64,000 bases of DNA from contig OX597840.1 in NCBI GenBank assembly GCA_951406725.2, positions 25,916,001 to 25,980,000 on the forward strand, given 5' to 3'. The stretch comes from Octopus vulgaris (lineage: Eukaryota). Of the stretch, positions 27,077 to 42,720 are shown one piece after another. Every line of letters starts with the position of its first letter. Position 1 is the first letter of the stretch. A program made the translations under genes and the position numbers. The notes below the pieces were generated by a model. That model had not been told where the DNA came from. It saw only the letters and a program-made list of their open reading frames with translations, and ran no database searches.

Positions 27077-28156
27077 AAGAAAGAGAGAGAGAGATCTTAC
27101 TTGTAAATAACTTTAGCTGTGGTGGCCAGAAGATTTGGAGCGGTGGTTGAACAGCCTGATCCTCGACCGATTTCTTCGTCAGGGTTTCGTGGAGTTGTGA
27201 CACTTCGTTCTGATCTTGGAGTTCCAAGCAGAGATATCAAGGCAGGACATAGATGTTTCCTACAAAACAACAACAACATCAATAAGAATACTTTTCCTGT
27301 AGAAATCAGATCTATATCATCATCATCATCATTGTTTAACGTCCGCTTTCCATGCTAGCATGGGTTGGACGGTTTGACTGGCGATCTGGGAAGCCAGGAG
27401 GCTGAACCAGGCTCCAGTCTGATCTGGCAGTGTTTCTACAGCTGGATGCCCTTCCTAATGCCAACCACTCCGTGAGTGTAGTGGGTGCTTTTTACGTGCC
27501 ACCACCACAGGTGCCAGGGGAGGCTGGCAGCGGCCACGATCGGTTGGTGCATTTTACGTGCCACAGGCACAGAAGCCAGTCAAGGCGGCGCTGGCATCAG
27601 CCATGTTCAGATGGTGCTTTTTATGTGCCACCGGCCCAGGGCACACAACTACAATTTCCATTGATTTTTTATGTTGGTGTACTTGACTCAATAGGTCTCC
27701 TCAAGCACAGGGTCAAAACAGTGTTTCTTTACTTGCCACCTGCACAGGAATCAGTCCAGCGGCCCTGGCAACTGCCGGGTGCCAGTAATAGGATTGGTTC
27801 AATTTCGATTCCATTTAAAATTCTTTTGCCCTTAAACTGCAAAAAGCAGTTTTATATTCCAATCTGTCTTTTGTTGAGAAATGACAAGTTTGAAACTATT
27901 TTCCGTTGAGATATGGCAAGCTTATGAGATAGTATCAAAAGGCTCTTGGACTAGTTCTGTAGCGTGCCAACAGATGGCAGCACATGGCTGGCTGCATGTG
28001 CAGTGAGAGCTAGCAGTGACCTTCATGAGACAGTGTGCCAAGTGACATCGCTGTGGTTGCTTTCCATATTGTGATTTTGCTTGGCTTGATGGGTCTTCCT
28101 CTCAAGCATGACATAATGCCAAAGGTCTTGGTCATTGTCTCCATGAGGCCAAATGC

Positions 28157-28188
<32 letters not shown>

Positions 28189-30489
28189 GTTTAACGTCCA
28201 CTTTCCATACTAGCACGAGCTGGATGGTTTGAGTGAGGGCTGGCGAACCAGATGGCTGCACCAGGCTCCAATCTGATCTGGCAGAGTTTCTATAGCTGGA
28301 TGCCCTCCCTAACGCCAACCACTCCAAGAGTGTAGTGGGTGCTTTTATATGCCACCGGCATGAGGGTCAGTCTGGCAGTACTGGCAATGTCCATGCTCAA
28401 GTGGTGTTTTTTACGTGCCACCTACACAAGAACCAGTCCAGTGGCACTGGTAATGATCTCGCTTGAATCTTTTTCACGTGCCAGTAAGACGATGCTATAA
28501 ATATATATTCACTAGTATACACACACACATACAAAGTATAAACACATATGTACATACATGTATACACACACACACACATGCATACATATATGTATACATG
28601 TGTATACAACGGGCTTCTTTCAGTTTCCGTCAACCAAATCCACTCACAAGGCTTTGGTCGGTCCGAGGCTATAGTAGAAGACACTTGCCCAAGGTGACAC
28701 GCAGTGGGACTGAACCCGGAACCATGTGGTTGGGAAGCAAGCTTCTTACCACACAGCCACACCCACGTCTACAATACACAAAATATTTTAAGAATTTTTT
28801 TTATATAATTCCTAAAAATATTTAATAATAAAAATAGGATTTTTTAAAACATCAAATGGCTAGGAAGGCCCCTTAAAGTAAAACAGGAATCCAAGGGGTT
28901 CAAAGGAAAAAAAGGGATTTAGAAAGACTGCATTAGGTAATGTAGTCCTAGATATACATAGGTCAGTTGAATATTGATTGACCTGGGATTAACCATTTCA
29001 TTACCAACCCAGCTGAAACCGGTCTGGCTCTGAGTACAAATGTCTTGTTTTCATAAGTTCTGAATTAAAATCTTCCACCAAACCTTAGTCACAATTTATG
29101 TTCCTAACACTAGCTTAATGATAACGAAGTTGTTTTACCAAATTCTTTGTTATATCTAAAGTAATTGAAAGAAACACAGAACATCTCAAAATAAATACAG
29201 TAATGAAAGGGTTAAACAACAAAAATTACAAGAACAAAGAAATAAAAATGCCACTAACCATAGTAAGTCCACAAACAGTGATTGTCTGGTCAGGATTTTA
29301 GAAGAATTTGACAAAATGGTGAGAATGCATTCCAATAATAATGGAATTGAGTGTTTTGATGAAGTGACGTTGTTACTGGAAAAAAAAAAAAGACAAAAAA
29401 AAATAACAAAAAAGACAAATTTCAGCAAAAAGAACATGTTTTTATTTTGAAATTTTTTTACTTGTTTCAGTAGTTAGACTGTGGCCATGCTGGGGCATCG
29501 TGTTGAAGAACTTTTAGTCAAATGAATTGCCCCTAGCATTTGTTTTGTTTTGCTTTTTTAAAACTTGGTGGTTGTTTAGTCAGTCTTTCATTGCTGAACC
29601 GTTAAGTTATAGGGATGTAAACATACCAACACCAGTTCTCAAGTATTGGTGGGGGACAAACACACACATGCATGATGGATTTCTTTCAGTTTCCATCAAG
29701 AAAATCCACTCAGCCCAAGGCTATAGTAGAAGACACTTGCCCAAGGTGCCACACAGTGGGGCTAAACCTGGAACCATGTTGTTGGTAAACAAGCTACTTA
29801 CCACACAGCCACTCCTGTGCCTATGAGATTATATTTGCACAATAAGCTCCATCTGTTGCTTTCAAACAGCAGTTTTATGGCATTTGTTATCTTATCAGAG
29901 TTTTCTGTTTAATTTCAAAATAGGACAACGTGTATTTGATTGACTGATTAATAAACTTTATTGATCAAATGTGGTCTCAATTGTGCTTTCTGAACACATC
30001 TTATGCTTAAGTTTAACCAACTGTCTTGACCACAATTGATTTATTCTATGACATTTCATATACATGTGTGTGTGTGTACGTTATATATATATGTGTGTGT
30101 GTGTGTGTATATATACTCTTTACTCTTTTACTTGTTTCAGTCATTTGACTGCGGCCATGCTGGGGCACTGCCTTTAGTCGAGCAAATCAACCCCGGGACT
30201 TATTCTTTGTAAGCCCAGTACTTATTCTATCGGTCTCTTTTGCCAAACCGCTAAGTGACGGGGACGTAAACACACCAGCATCGGTTGTCAAGCAATGCTA
30301 GGGGGACACACACATACACATATATACGACAGGCTTCTTTCAGTTTCCGTCTACCAAATCCACTCACAAGGCATTGGTCGGCCCGTGGCTATAGCAGAAG
30401 ACACTTGCCCAAGATGTCACGCAGTGGCACTGAACCCGGAACCATGTGGTTGGTTAGCAAGCTATTTACCACACAGCCACTCCTGCGCC

Positions 30490-30520
<31 letters not shown>

Positions 30521-31428
30521 CTATTCACGTAGGCATAGAATTGTTTTTGAGTATACATTGTCTGGGTGACTCTTCTTACAGTAGAGGAAGTAGCTAAATT
30601 CTTTGGCTGCTATTTCTAAAAGTTCGGTGTGTGGTAAAGCAAATTTTTTTTTTACTGAACCCTAATTATATAAAGTAATGTTTAAATTTACCATAAATGG
30701 TCCTTTTACATACTGAACACTGCTTGGTAAAATTATTAATGACTAATTAATTAATTAATTTTACCCTTATTATTATTGACTATATATATATAGTCATCTG
30801 GCTTGATAAAGGGAAAGAACCCTTTATCAAGCCAGATGACCATGAGAGTGACAAAGGTGCATTTCACCATTTTTGCAGCTTGTCAGTGCCACACATTTGA
30901 GTCACTTCTGACATGAAGTTGCCACAGCAAGTTTATAGAATCAGTGAATAAATAATTTATTAGCTTTGCAAAAAGGCTGCTAAGCTGAATTAAATTCAAA
31001 CTGTGCAATAGAAGCAGCTCTAATTAATCCTAATGACATATTTAACGTATGTCATATTATACTCCAATACAGACAACCTGAAATTGCATGTGTTTCTATA
31101 CACATAGTTTATATGAAGCAAGTACACAAGCTGTTACAACCATAGAGTGTATATGGTGATTAAATAACAAAAGGAGGTGCAATTGATTTAATTATTTCAT
31201 CTTTTATGTAATACAATCAAAACATACATAAATAATGGAATAATTAAGCCCTTGTTTTTCTCTTGTTTAACTACACTATGTAACATACAGAAATGGCATT
31301 CAAAGCTTTATGAAACATTCACGTGTTTCAGAAAATTGCTGTCAAAGTTACATAACAGTAGTAGAAACATTATATAATCTTACAGGTCATTTCATCAGTG
31401 TTCTGTAATAAATGCAATACAAGTGTTT

Positions 31429-31462
<34 letters not shown>

Positions 31463-34400
31463 AAAGAACCATCCAAAACTAGATACCAATATTTAAACAT
31501 TGTCCAAGCCTAATTAGATTACCTGTGAAGAAAACCAAACAGTGCCAAAGTAAGCAATCCCAAATCCCCACTTTACAAGAATGAAACAAAATTCACAATA
31601 ACACGACTGAGAAATAAAAAATTCACTAATGAGCATAAAATGTAAGCATTCTCATCACCAACTGTTCAAACAGACATGATTACTGCCATTTCATGACCAT
31701 CACGTAGTGTATGTGTGTGTTAGTGTTTAATAACTGTTTAATTCTACTCTATACAACTTAAAGTTTTGTAGGCTTCTCACATGGTCCTAGCTCCTCAGTA
31801 AGCCTGAAGATCTAGGAACAGGTGTTGTGCCTACAAAGCTTTAAATTGCACAGAGCTGAATTAAACAGTTATTAAATACTAACACACACACACACACATA
31901 AAGGAGAGAAGAGGAGAAGAACAAGGAAAGCATGAAAAAAGTGTGGACACATAAAAAATAAAAACAAAATTATAGAAGAAAATAAAAACAGAACTTTTGA
32001 GAATTCTTATAAAAGGCTTACTTTTGTGTTTCTTCTAATTTCTTGGTAAAGAATTTCAAGATAGAAATAACTTCTTGAAGTGCACAATCCATGTTGACGA
32101 AATCTGTAACAAAATGATATTGTCACGTGTATAGGGGAGAGAAATATTAGGGATAGATGGAAGGGTTTCAATATTGAAAGTTAGTTAACTTTGAAGTACG
32201 ATGGTGAGTCAAAAAGTAATGCCGTTTTGTTTAGGACAGGTATAATTACCAACACAGGAACAGGTATCATACATCAAAATGAAGCTTATTATGAGCTTAT
32301 TGCTTTTCCTTTTGGCAAGAAATTGACCAGAATGACGCCTTCAGCATCCCAAAAGACAGTCGCCATGATTTTTCCAGCTGACTTTTGCGTCTTGAACTTT
32401 TTCGGTGGTGGTGGCATAGAGTGGCGCCATTCCATTACGAGCCTTCGAAAGAAGGTGTTGTCTCTTTGACTTTGTAGTGAAGAAGCGGCTCAAAGAACAG
32501 TCAACAGAATTTTAGAGAGTAAGGATACATGCTCTCATTCGAAGGTGGAACATTGCTATTGAGAGAGACGGTGACTATGTTGAGAAGTAGGGATGTGATC
32601 CACAGAGGACCAGCTTCATTTTGATGTATGATACCTGTTCCTGTGTTGGTAATTATACTTGTCCTAAACAAAATGGCATTACTTTTTGACTCACCCTCAC
32701 ATTTTGGATATGTATATATATATATATCATCATTATCATTTAACATCTGTTCTCTATGTTGGCATTAGGTGGTTTGACAGGAGCTGATAAGCTGGAGAGC
32801 TGCACCAAGCTCCAATAATCTGTTTTGGCATGGTTTCTACAACTGGATGCCCTTCCTAATGCCAACCACTTTACACAGCGTACTGGGCGCATTTTATCAT
32901 CATCATCATCGTTTAACATCTGCTTTCCATGCTAGCATGGGTTGGACGAATTGACTGAGGACTGGCAAACCAGATGGCTGCACCAGGCTTCAATCTTGAT
33001 CTGGCAGAGTTTCTACAGCTGGATGCCCTTCCTAACGCCAACCACTCCGAGAGTGTAGTGGGTGCTTTTATGTGCCACCGGCACCAGGGCCAGTCTGGCG
33101 GTACTGGCAAGGGCTATGCTCAAATGGCGTTTTTTTTTACGTGCCACCTGCACCTTCAGCATGATGTAACTTACAGCTTATTAATTAGACATATTACAAA
33201 GAGAGAAGGTACATGGCTTAGTGGTTAGGGTATTTGGCTCACAACCATAAGATCACGAGTTCAATTCCTGGCAACGCATTGTGACCTTGAGCAAGACACT
33301 TTATTTCACATTGCTCCAGTCCCCTCAGCTGGCAAAAATGAGTAGTACCGGTAATTCAAAGGGGTCAGCCTTGTCACATTCTGTGTCATGCTGAATCTCC
33401 CTGAGAACTACATTACGGATACAGTACGTATATCTATGGAGTACTCAGCCACTTGCATGTTAATTACACAAGCAGGCTGTTCCGTTGATTGGATCAGCCG
33501 GAACAATCATCGTTATAACCAACGAAGTCCCAGAAACGAAGAGAGAGAGAGAGATTTAATTAAAGATGGAAAAATGCATGACAGTGCTTAATTAAGAGAA
33601 CGATGAAGTGGCCATGACTGGAATGCCTTGGCCCTCAGTTCTGTTCTGCTGGCCAGGCAACAGCAACCACAACAATATTAATTAAGGAAATAGGTTAGTT
33701 ATACCTTTCGGTTCAAAATCTTTCATCACATTATTATCTTTTCTCTCCTTTCCATGCTGCAACACATAATGATAGTCGTTAGTTAATTAATCATGACACA
33801 AATTTCACATAGACTCTTAATTAAGCATTAGTAGAAATACTTGCAGTTAATTAGACACTGGTAATTGTTGTGGTGGTGGTGGTGGTTGTGGCAGTTGTGG
33901 TGATTGTAGTGGTGGTGGTAGCAGTGGTCATGGTGGTTGTAGTGGTTGTGGTGGTTGTGCTGATTGTAGTGGTGGTGGTTGTGGTGGTGGTTGTGGTGGT
34001 GGTTGTGGTGGTGGTAGTGGTGATTGTAGTGGTGGTGGTGGTAGTGGTGATTGTAGTGGTGGTGGTAGTGGTGATGGTTGTGGTGGTAGCAGTGGCAGTG
34101 GGGGTGGTGGTAGCAGTGGCAGTGGGGGTGGTGGTAGCAGTGGTGGTGGTAGTGGTGATTATAGTGGTGGTGGTAGTAGTGGTGATTGTAGTGGTGGTGG
34201 TAGCAGTGGTTGTGGTGGTGGTAGTTGTGGTTGTGGTGGTAGCAGTGGTCATGGTGGTTGTAGTGGTGGTTGTGGAGGCAGTGGTGATTGTAGTGGAGGT
34301 GGTAGTAGTGGTAGTGGTTGTGGTGGTTGTTGATGGTGGAGGTGGTTGTGGTGGTTGTAGTGGTGGTGATTGTGGTGATGTTTAGTGATGGTCAAATTAA

Positions 34401-37400
34401 TTAATTAAACACTACTAAAAACATACACAGCTAAATTTAAAATAGAAATACAATGTTAATTACACAATACAAACATGTACTGCTAATTAAATGACATCAG
34501 ACATACATGCAGCTAATTAGACAATAACAAATAATTAACCAATTTTAATGTGAACACAGAAAGATACAATTAATTAAACTATAATTAATAGAAATTCCAC
34601 ATTGAAATGTGTAACGACAACAATATGTGTAATTAAGAAATTTCAGAAGAAATACACTCAGTTAATTACACAACAGAAGAAGGAAACAAGCAATTAGTTG
34701 GATAGAATATTAGCTAATGAGCTCAGAATAAGAGCTGAACAGATCCAGAGACATTATTTTTATTATTATCATTATTATTATTTTTATTATTATTATAATC
34801 ATTATTATTATTATTATCATTATTATTATTATTATTATCATTATTATAATCATTATTATTATTATTATTAAAATCATTATTATTATTATTATTATTATTG
34901 AGTGAGAGAGCAGTTCATGCCATCAAAGTGACACTGGGGTAAAATATACGAAGCCCAATATACCCATCATGACTACCCGTCTGATAAGGGTACACCAGGC
35001 ACATGCATCACAACCATATGTGCGAGACATGGTGATCTTATATCAAGATAAACAGCACATGACCTTGCAGGTGGGGCCCAGTTAGAATTTTCTTCTGGTT
35101 GGGTAACCCATCCTGCTCAAAAGGTCCCTGAATAAGGGTTGTTTAAGGATGTTGAACAAAACACCCATGTTTCCAGAGGTGAATTATTCAAACCTCAAAG
35201 AATCCCTCTCAACACATGGCTATGATGCTCCCCCACTACTTCTGCTCATGATCAGAGATGCACATATCGTCAGCCACCAAGGGACATGCTCAACTGGTTA
35301 AGGTCAAACAACTGACAAGCAAATGTGTGGTATTGAGCAGAATATTTGCTGTAGCCCATCTTTTATACCAAGACAAAACAATGTACATGATAACACTTCC
35401 AATCAGTTAAGACAAGAAGCCATGAGAGCCACTGCCTGGGACTGCATCAGGGCATTAACCTTTTCGTTATTGTATTTCTGTTGAGATGCTCTGTGTTTCT
35501 TTCAATTACTTTAAATATAACATAGAATTTAGTAAAAGAACTTAGTTATCATTCAGCTAGTGTTAGGAACATAAATTGTGACTAAGGTTTGGTGGAAGAT
35601 TTTAATTCAAAACTTATGAAAACAAGACATTTGTACTCAAAACCAGAACCAGTTTCAGCCGGTTTAGTAATGAAAAAGTTAAAGCAAATCTGTGGTACTG
35701 AGCAGAATATTTGCTGTAGCCCATCTTTTATACCAAGACAAAACAATGTACATGATAACACTTCCAGTCAGTTAAGATCAGAGGCTATGAGAGCCACTGC
35801 CTGGGACTGCATCAGGGCATTTATTATTATTATTATTAGAGCTGGTAGAATTGTTAGAACTTGAGAAAAAAATGTGTTGCAGCTCTGGAGATTCTGAGTT
35901 CAAATCCCACCAAGGTCACTTTGCCTTTCATTCTTTTATGGTCAATTTATATTTAATGGCCTAACATCTAACAAAGAACCAATTTCAATCCATTGATTTC
36001 AATCCATTGATTTCTTCCACTAGTTTCAATAATTTGACTGCGACCATGCTGGAGCACATTAAAGGACATTATTTCTTTTAGTCACAAAAACACAAATCAC
36101 AAAAAAAACCACAAAAATTAAATAAAAATGGTCAAGAAATAAAGCATAAAGTTAATAATTACTCTAATTAAAATTAGTACAAGCACAGCAAATTAATGGT
36201 TATTGTATTATTAACATTATTAACGAGCATTTTTTTTTTAATGCAGGAATGAGCACACGACGCAATGCAACATCGATGACTGGCGTAAGATGTTCCGGGG
36301 TGGAACAGGCATGCTGCATGACTTTACAATAACGAACATACCCGGGGTACTTTGTTTTTCTCGACAGTTTCCTGTAGTCTCTTTGTAAAACAGCTCAGCA
36401 TTTGTGTGATGGTGGCTTTGATAGCTGTCTGTACGCTGATCGTACCACCAACAAAGATCTTTATATACACCTACGGGACAGATAATATATATATACATTC
36501 ATTTATGTGTTCGCTTCATGGTGATGTGGTGATGTTCATGCTGGTTTTATACACGTAGAGATACAATAACACATGTTCTTTACTTCTTCAGTTTGTTTCA
36601 GCCTCTCATGGTACATGATGCCTCTTATGAAGCACAGCAATTCTAAAACATTTATAAATGTAACCACATCACTGAAAACAATCTCTGTTGCAAAGTGTGC
36701 ATCTTCTGAACATTTTGCCAAGAACTGCTCACAAAATTCCACGCTTTGGTTTGGATCATCTTCATTGAGAGAACGGACTATTCTTTGAATGGAACTTTTC
36801 CGATGATAGCATTTCAAAATACAATGGACACTCGATTTTGAAATTTTTATCAAACAATTTGCTTGCTGCGCGGATTTTCTCAAAATCTGACCAAAGATGG
36901 CCCTAAGACATCCAACCAGAACACCATTATTGCACCTACGAAGAACTGTGTTCGATCTCTACTGATCATCTTCTTTCTTCTCCTCACCACTTCTTTAGTC
37001 TTCCGATCGTTCGGTGAAAGACAGAATCATTCAATAAGGAGATAATTAAAAGACGTGGAACCTACCTGGGAGATTTCTATGATTATCTTGGAATTCATGC
37101 ACCATGCTGTGGAAAAGGTCATGTTTAACAGCAGCTGTAAATAGAATTATATACACACATTTAGAGACCAAAGTAGAATTATATACACATGGCGTATTGG
37201 TCAAAATGAAGTCTAGCTGCCAAACTAGAATTATTTATATACATGTTTAGTGGCCTAGAATTATATGTACAATATATATACATGTTGAGTGGATGAAGTA
37301 AAAATATATATACACAATATATACAAATTGAGATAGGGGTTGTAAATGCAACCCTCCATGGGATAACATATATCCAATATACTGCTAGAGAAGTATACAT

Positions 37401-38584
37401 GTTTGGTGGCAAAAGTAGAACTATATACACATGGTGTATTGGTCAAAATGAAGTCTGGCTGCCAAACTAGAATTATATATATACATGTTTAGTGGCCAAA
37501 GTAGAAATAAATGTACAATATATATACATGTTTAGTGGCAAAAGTAGAACTATATACACAATATATATACATGTTTATACATTTTTGGTAATTAATCAGA
37601 ATGCAGGAATTTACCTTGAGGATCTCCACCTGGGCATCTTCTTGCAAGTGTGGAGTGGAATAAACGGTGTTCAGGATCTGAATTGGCATCCAGTCCTCTT
37701 CACTCTCAGACTCCAGGCTGGATTGGAATTGGTCATCTTGCAGGATGAGCTGCATCGGAATAGATAATAATGATGATGATGATGATGATGCTTGGAAACC
37801 AAAGCCAAAAACGAAAACAAAGCAACAAAGGTTAAGGTGAGAATAGAGAGGAAGCACTCCGTCGGTTACGACGACAAGGGTTCCGGTTGATCCGAATCAA
37901 CGGAACAGCCTGCTCGTGAAATTAACGTGTAAGTGGCTGAGCACTCCACAGACACGTGCACCCTTAACGTAGTTCTCGTGGATATTCAGCGTGACACAGA
38001 GAGTGACAAGGCCGGCCCTTTGAAATACAGGTACAACAGAAACAGGAAGTAAGAGTGAGAGAAAGTTGTGGTGAAAGAGTACAGCAGGGATCGCCACCAT
38101 CCCCTGCCAGAGCCTCGCGGAGCTTTTAGGTGTTTTCGCTCAATAAACACTCACAACGCCCGGTCTGGGAATCGAAACCGCGATCCTACGACCGCGAGTC
38201 CGCTGCCCTAACCACTGAGCCATTGCGCCTCCACTAAGGTGTGAATAGCAATGGTAATGGAAACAAACCTCAATGCCTTTGATTGCCATATTACTGAGTC
38301 TCTTGGTGCGTGTCTCCAGTGCCATTTGGAATGGTTGCAGGCATCTGTTCCGCAGCTGGTGCACAGGAATGTCAGATGCATTTGGGCTGGAGATGAATTC
38401 TGCAAAAAACATTGAATTGAGAAAAAACGGATTGATAGAAAAAGGAACAAAGGATTTGTGTGAAATACATTTGAGATATGGTCTGGAAGGGGAGATATTT
38501 GAAACACTGTGTGTGCCTGAGAACATGTATGTGTGTTTTAAAATGCTACAGGTACACATGTATGCATATAGTTGAAATACTATA

Positions 38585-38631
<47 letters not shown>

Positions 38632-39152
38632 TATTTTACAGTATGTATCATCATCATCATCGTTTAACGTCCGCTTCCCATGCTAGCATAGGTCGGACAG
38701 TTCAACTGGGGTCTGGGAAGCTAGAAGGCTGCACCAGGCCCAGTCTGATCTGGCAGTGTTTCTACGGCTGGATGTCCTTCCTAACACCAACCACTCCGCG
38801 AGTGTAGTGGGTGCTTTTTACGTGCCAGACGAGGCTGGCAAACGGCCACCGGCACGGGGACCAGACGAGGATGGCAACGGCCACAATTGGATAATGCATT
38901 TTACGTGCCACTGGCACGGAGGCCAGTCGGGGTGGCACTGGCAACGGCCACGTTCAGATGGTTCTCTTACGTGCCATCGGCACTGGTATCACAGCTACAA
39001 TTTCCATTGATGTTGATCGATTTTGATTTTGATTTTTCATTTTCACTTGCCTCAACAGGTCTTCACAAGTAGGGTTTGTGTCACAAGAAGGAAAGGTATG
39101 CATAAGTGGGCTGACTACGTCCCATGTAGAGGCCACGGGTTATGGTCTCAGC

Positions 39153-39188
<36 letters not shown>

Positions 39189-42100
39189 CTCTCTCTTTCG
39201 GAGAGGCACTGAGCAGCTATACGCACACATACACACATGGCAGTAACTTCCACCTACCGAATTCAATCACAAAGCTCCGGTCGGCTCGGGGCTATAGTGG
39301 AAGACACCTACCCAAAGTGCCACGCAGTGGGACTGAACCCGAAACCATGTAGCTAGGAAGCAAGCTCCCTAACCACACAGCCATGCCCATATATATATGT
39401 ATATATAGACACACACACACACATATACATACACACACATATGCATGATGGGATTCTCACAGTTTCCATCTACTAAATCCACTCACAAAAGCTTTAGTCA
39501 GTTCAAGGCTATTGTAGAAAATACTATCCCAAGGTGGGACTGAACCTGAAACCATGTAGCTAAAAAGCAAGCTTCTTACCACAAAACCAACAGACTTCAT
39601 AATAATTTGCCAACTAAAATTCACCCAGAACTCATGTGTCAGCCTAGGGCTGTATGAGAGGACACCTGCCCAAACTGTGCGCACAGCAGGATTAAATTGA
39701 AAACCACGTGGTTGTAAACCAAGCTACTTAAAACACACACAGGTAAGCCATGCTGGTGACTATATCATGGTCTACTAACAAAAACATGTACAAAATAAAA
39801 AAAGAACACTTATGATGTATGCGTATATTCAATAAGCATGTAATATGTCAGGGACGTGCTGCCTGGGTAGGCGAGGTGGGTAGTACCTACCCTGAATAAA
39901 ATAGATTGATAGTAACATTTTCCTTTTATGGTAAAATATGCAGTATTCTAAAGTACTCTGATTACTCTGCATAAAATACAAAATATGTATACTCTTTTAC
40001 TCTTTTACTTGTTTCAGTCATTTGACTGCAGCCATGCTGGAGCACCGCCTTTAGTCGAGCAAATCGACCCCGGGACTTATTCTTTGTAAGCCCAGTACTT
40101 ATTCTATCGGTCTCTTTTGCTGAACCGCTAAATGACGGGGACGTAAACACACCAGCATCGGTTGTCAAGCAATGCTAGGGGGACAAACACAGACACACAA
40201 ACATATACACACACACTATATATACATATACATATATACGACAGGCTTCTTTCAGTTTCCGTCTACCAAATCCACTCACAAGGCATTGGTCGGCCCGAGG
40301 CTATAGCAGAAGACACTTGCCCAAGATGCCACGCAGTGGGACTGAACCCGGAACCATGTGGTTGGTTAGCAAGCTACTTACCACACAGCCACTCCTGCGC
40401 CTGTATATATTTTTTTTGTAGATTAAGTAGGCATAATTCACCCCTGCTTTTCAATCTCAGTATTAAAGCTATGCATAGAACTGCTGTAGCACACATGCTG
40501 CGTACACTCCTACAACAACATTTTCTGTACGTGTTATAAAGGCAGAAGTAAATTTGCCTCCAACTCGGTCATGGGTCATGCGTCAGTGTTTCACTTTTTT
40601 TTTGGTGTTTTTCTACATAAACATCACCAACTGCCTACCCTGAGTAATTACTGATGGCACACGTCTGTAATACGTATATATATATATGTGTGTGTAACTA
40701 TATATATTCTTTTATTCTTTTGTTTCAGTCATTTGAGTGTGGCCATGCTGGAGCACCGTCTTTAGTCGAACAAATCAACCCCCACAACTTATTCTTTGTA
40801 AGTCTAGTACATATTCTATCGGTCTTTTTGCCAAACCGCTAGCTTACGGGGACATAAACACACCAGCATCGGTTGTCAAGCAATGGTGGGGGAGACAAAT
40901 ACAGACACGCAAACATACACACACACACATATATATACATATACGACGGGCTTCTTTCAGTTTCCGTCTACCAAATCCACTCACAAGGCTTTGGCTGGCC
41001 CGAGGCTATAGTAGAACACACTTGCCCAAGGTGCTACATAGTGGGACTGAACCCCGGAAGCATGTGGTTGGTAAGCAAGCTACTTACCACACAGCCACTC
41101 CTGCGCCTATATATACCTATTTCTTTACTACCCACAAGGGGCTAAACACAGAGAGGACAAACAAGGACAGACAAACGGATTAAGTCGATGATATCGACCC
41201 CAGTGCGTAACTGGTACTTATTTAATTGACCCCCGAAAGGATGAAAGGCAAAGTCGACCTCGGCGGAATTTGAACTCAGAACGTAGCGACAGACGAAATA
41301 CCACTAAGCATTTCGCCCAGCGTGCTAACGTTTCTGCCAGCTCGCCGCCTTATATATCATTATATATATAATGCGCCTATATATATTATTAGCCACTATA
41401 CACATTTTTTTATCTCCTTGTTTTTTTCTGTGTCCCTTTCTGTAGAAGAGCATAGGCTCGAAACATAATTCTTAGAATAGAAAAAGAACAGTTTCTGACA
41501 GCTGTTTCTGTCGAGAGGTCACAGTAGCCCACACGTTATTTCCATCTTTTCAGTGTACTGTAGTGATTGGTAGAAACTGCTCTTTTTCTATTCTAGAAAT
41601 TACCGGTACTTATGTATGTAAAACACAATCTTTACATATGTATATATATATATTCTCAATTGTTTAAATTAAATAAATAGACATAACATAAGTCTAACAG
41701 CTGATGCATACTATCTCTGGATACCATCCATTTTCTTCTTGCCATATATATATGGCCTTTAGTCGAGCAAATCGACCCCAGGACTTATTCTTTGTAAGCC
41801 TAGTACTTATTCTATCGGTCTCTTTTGCCGAACCGCTAAGTAACGGGGACATAAACACACCAGCATTGGTTGTCATGCAATGCTATATATATATATATAT
41901 ATTACTCTTTTACTTGTTTCAGTCATTTGACTGCGGCCATGCTGGAGCACCGCCTTTAGTCGAGCAAATCGACCCCAGGACTTATTCTTTTGTAAGCCCA
42001 GTACTTTTTGTATCAGTCTCTCTTATGCCGAACCGCTAAGTGACGGGGACGTAAACACACCAGCATCGGTTGTCATGCAATGCTAGGGGGACAGACACAT

Positions 42101-42449
42101 ATACACACACATACATATATGTATATATATACACATATACGACAGGCTTCTTTCAGTTTCCGTCTACCAAATCCACTCACAAGGCATTGGTCGGCCCGGG
42201 GCTATAGCAGAAGACACTTGCCCAAGATGCCGCGCAGTGGGACTGAACCTGGAACCATGTGGTTGGTAAGCAAGCTACTTACCACAGAGCCACTCCTGTG
42301 CTTAAATATATATATATATATATATATAAAGGAGAAATTGGCAGAAAGACAGAAATATATATGCTAGAATGAATGACAGACATAAGTGGAGATAGATAGA
42401 CAGATAGGTAGGTAGATAGATAGATAGATAGACAGATAGGTAGATAGAC

Positions 42450-42503
<54 letters not shown>

Positions 42504-42573
42504 ATAGATAAATAGATAGGTAGATAGATAGACAGAAAGATAGACAGATAGATAGACAGACAGACAGATAGAC

Positions 42574-42608
<35 letters not shown>

Positions 42609-42649
42609 TAGATAGATAGACAAATAGACAGACAGAGAGACAGATAGAC

Positions 42650-42720
<71 letters not shown>

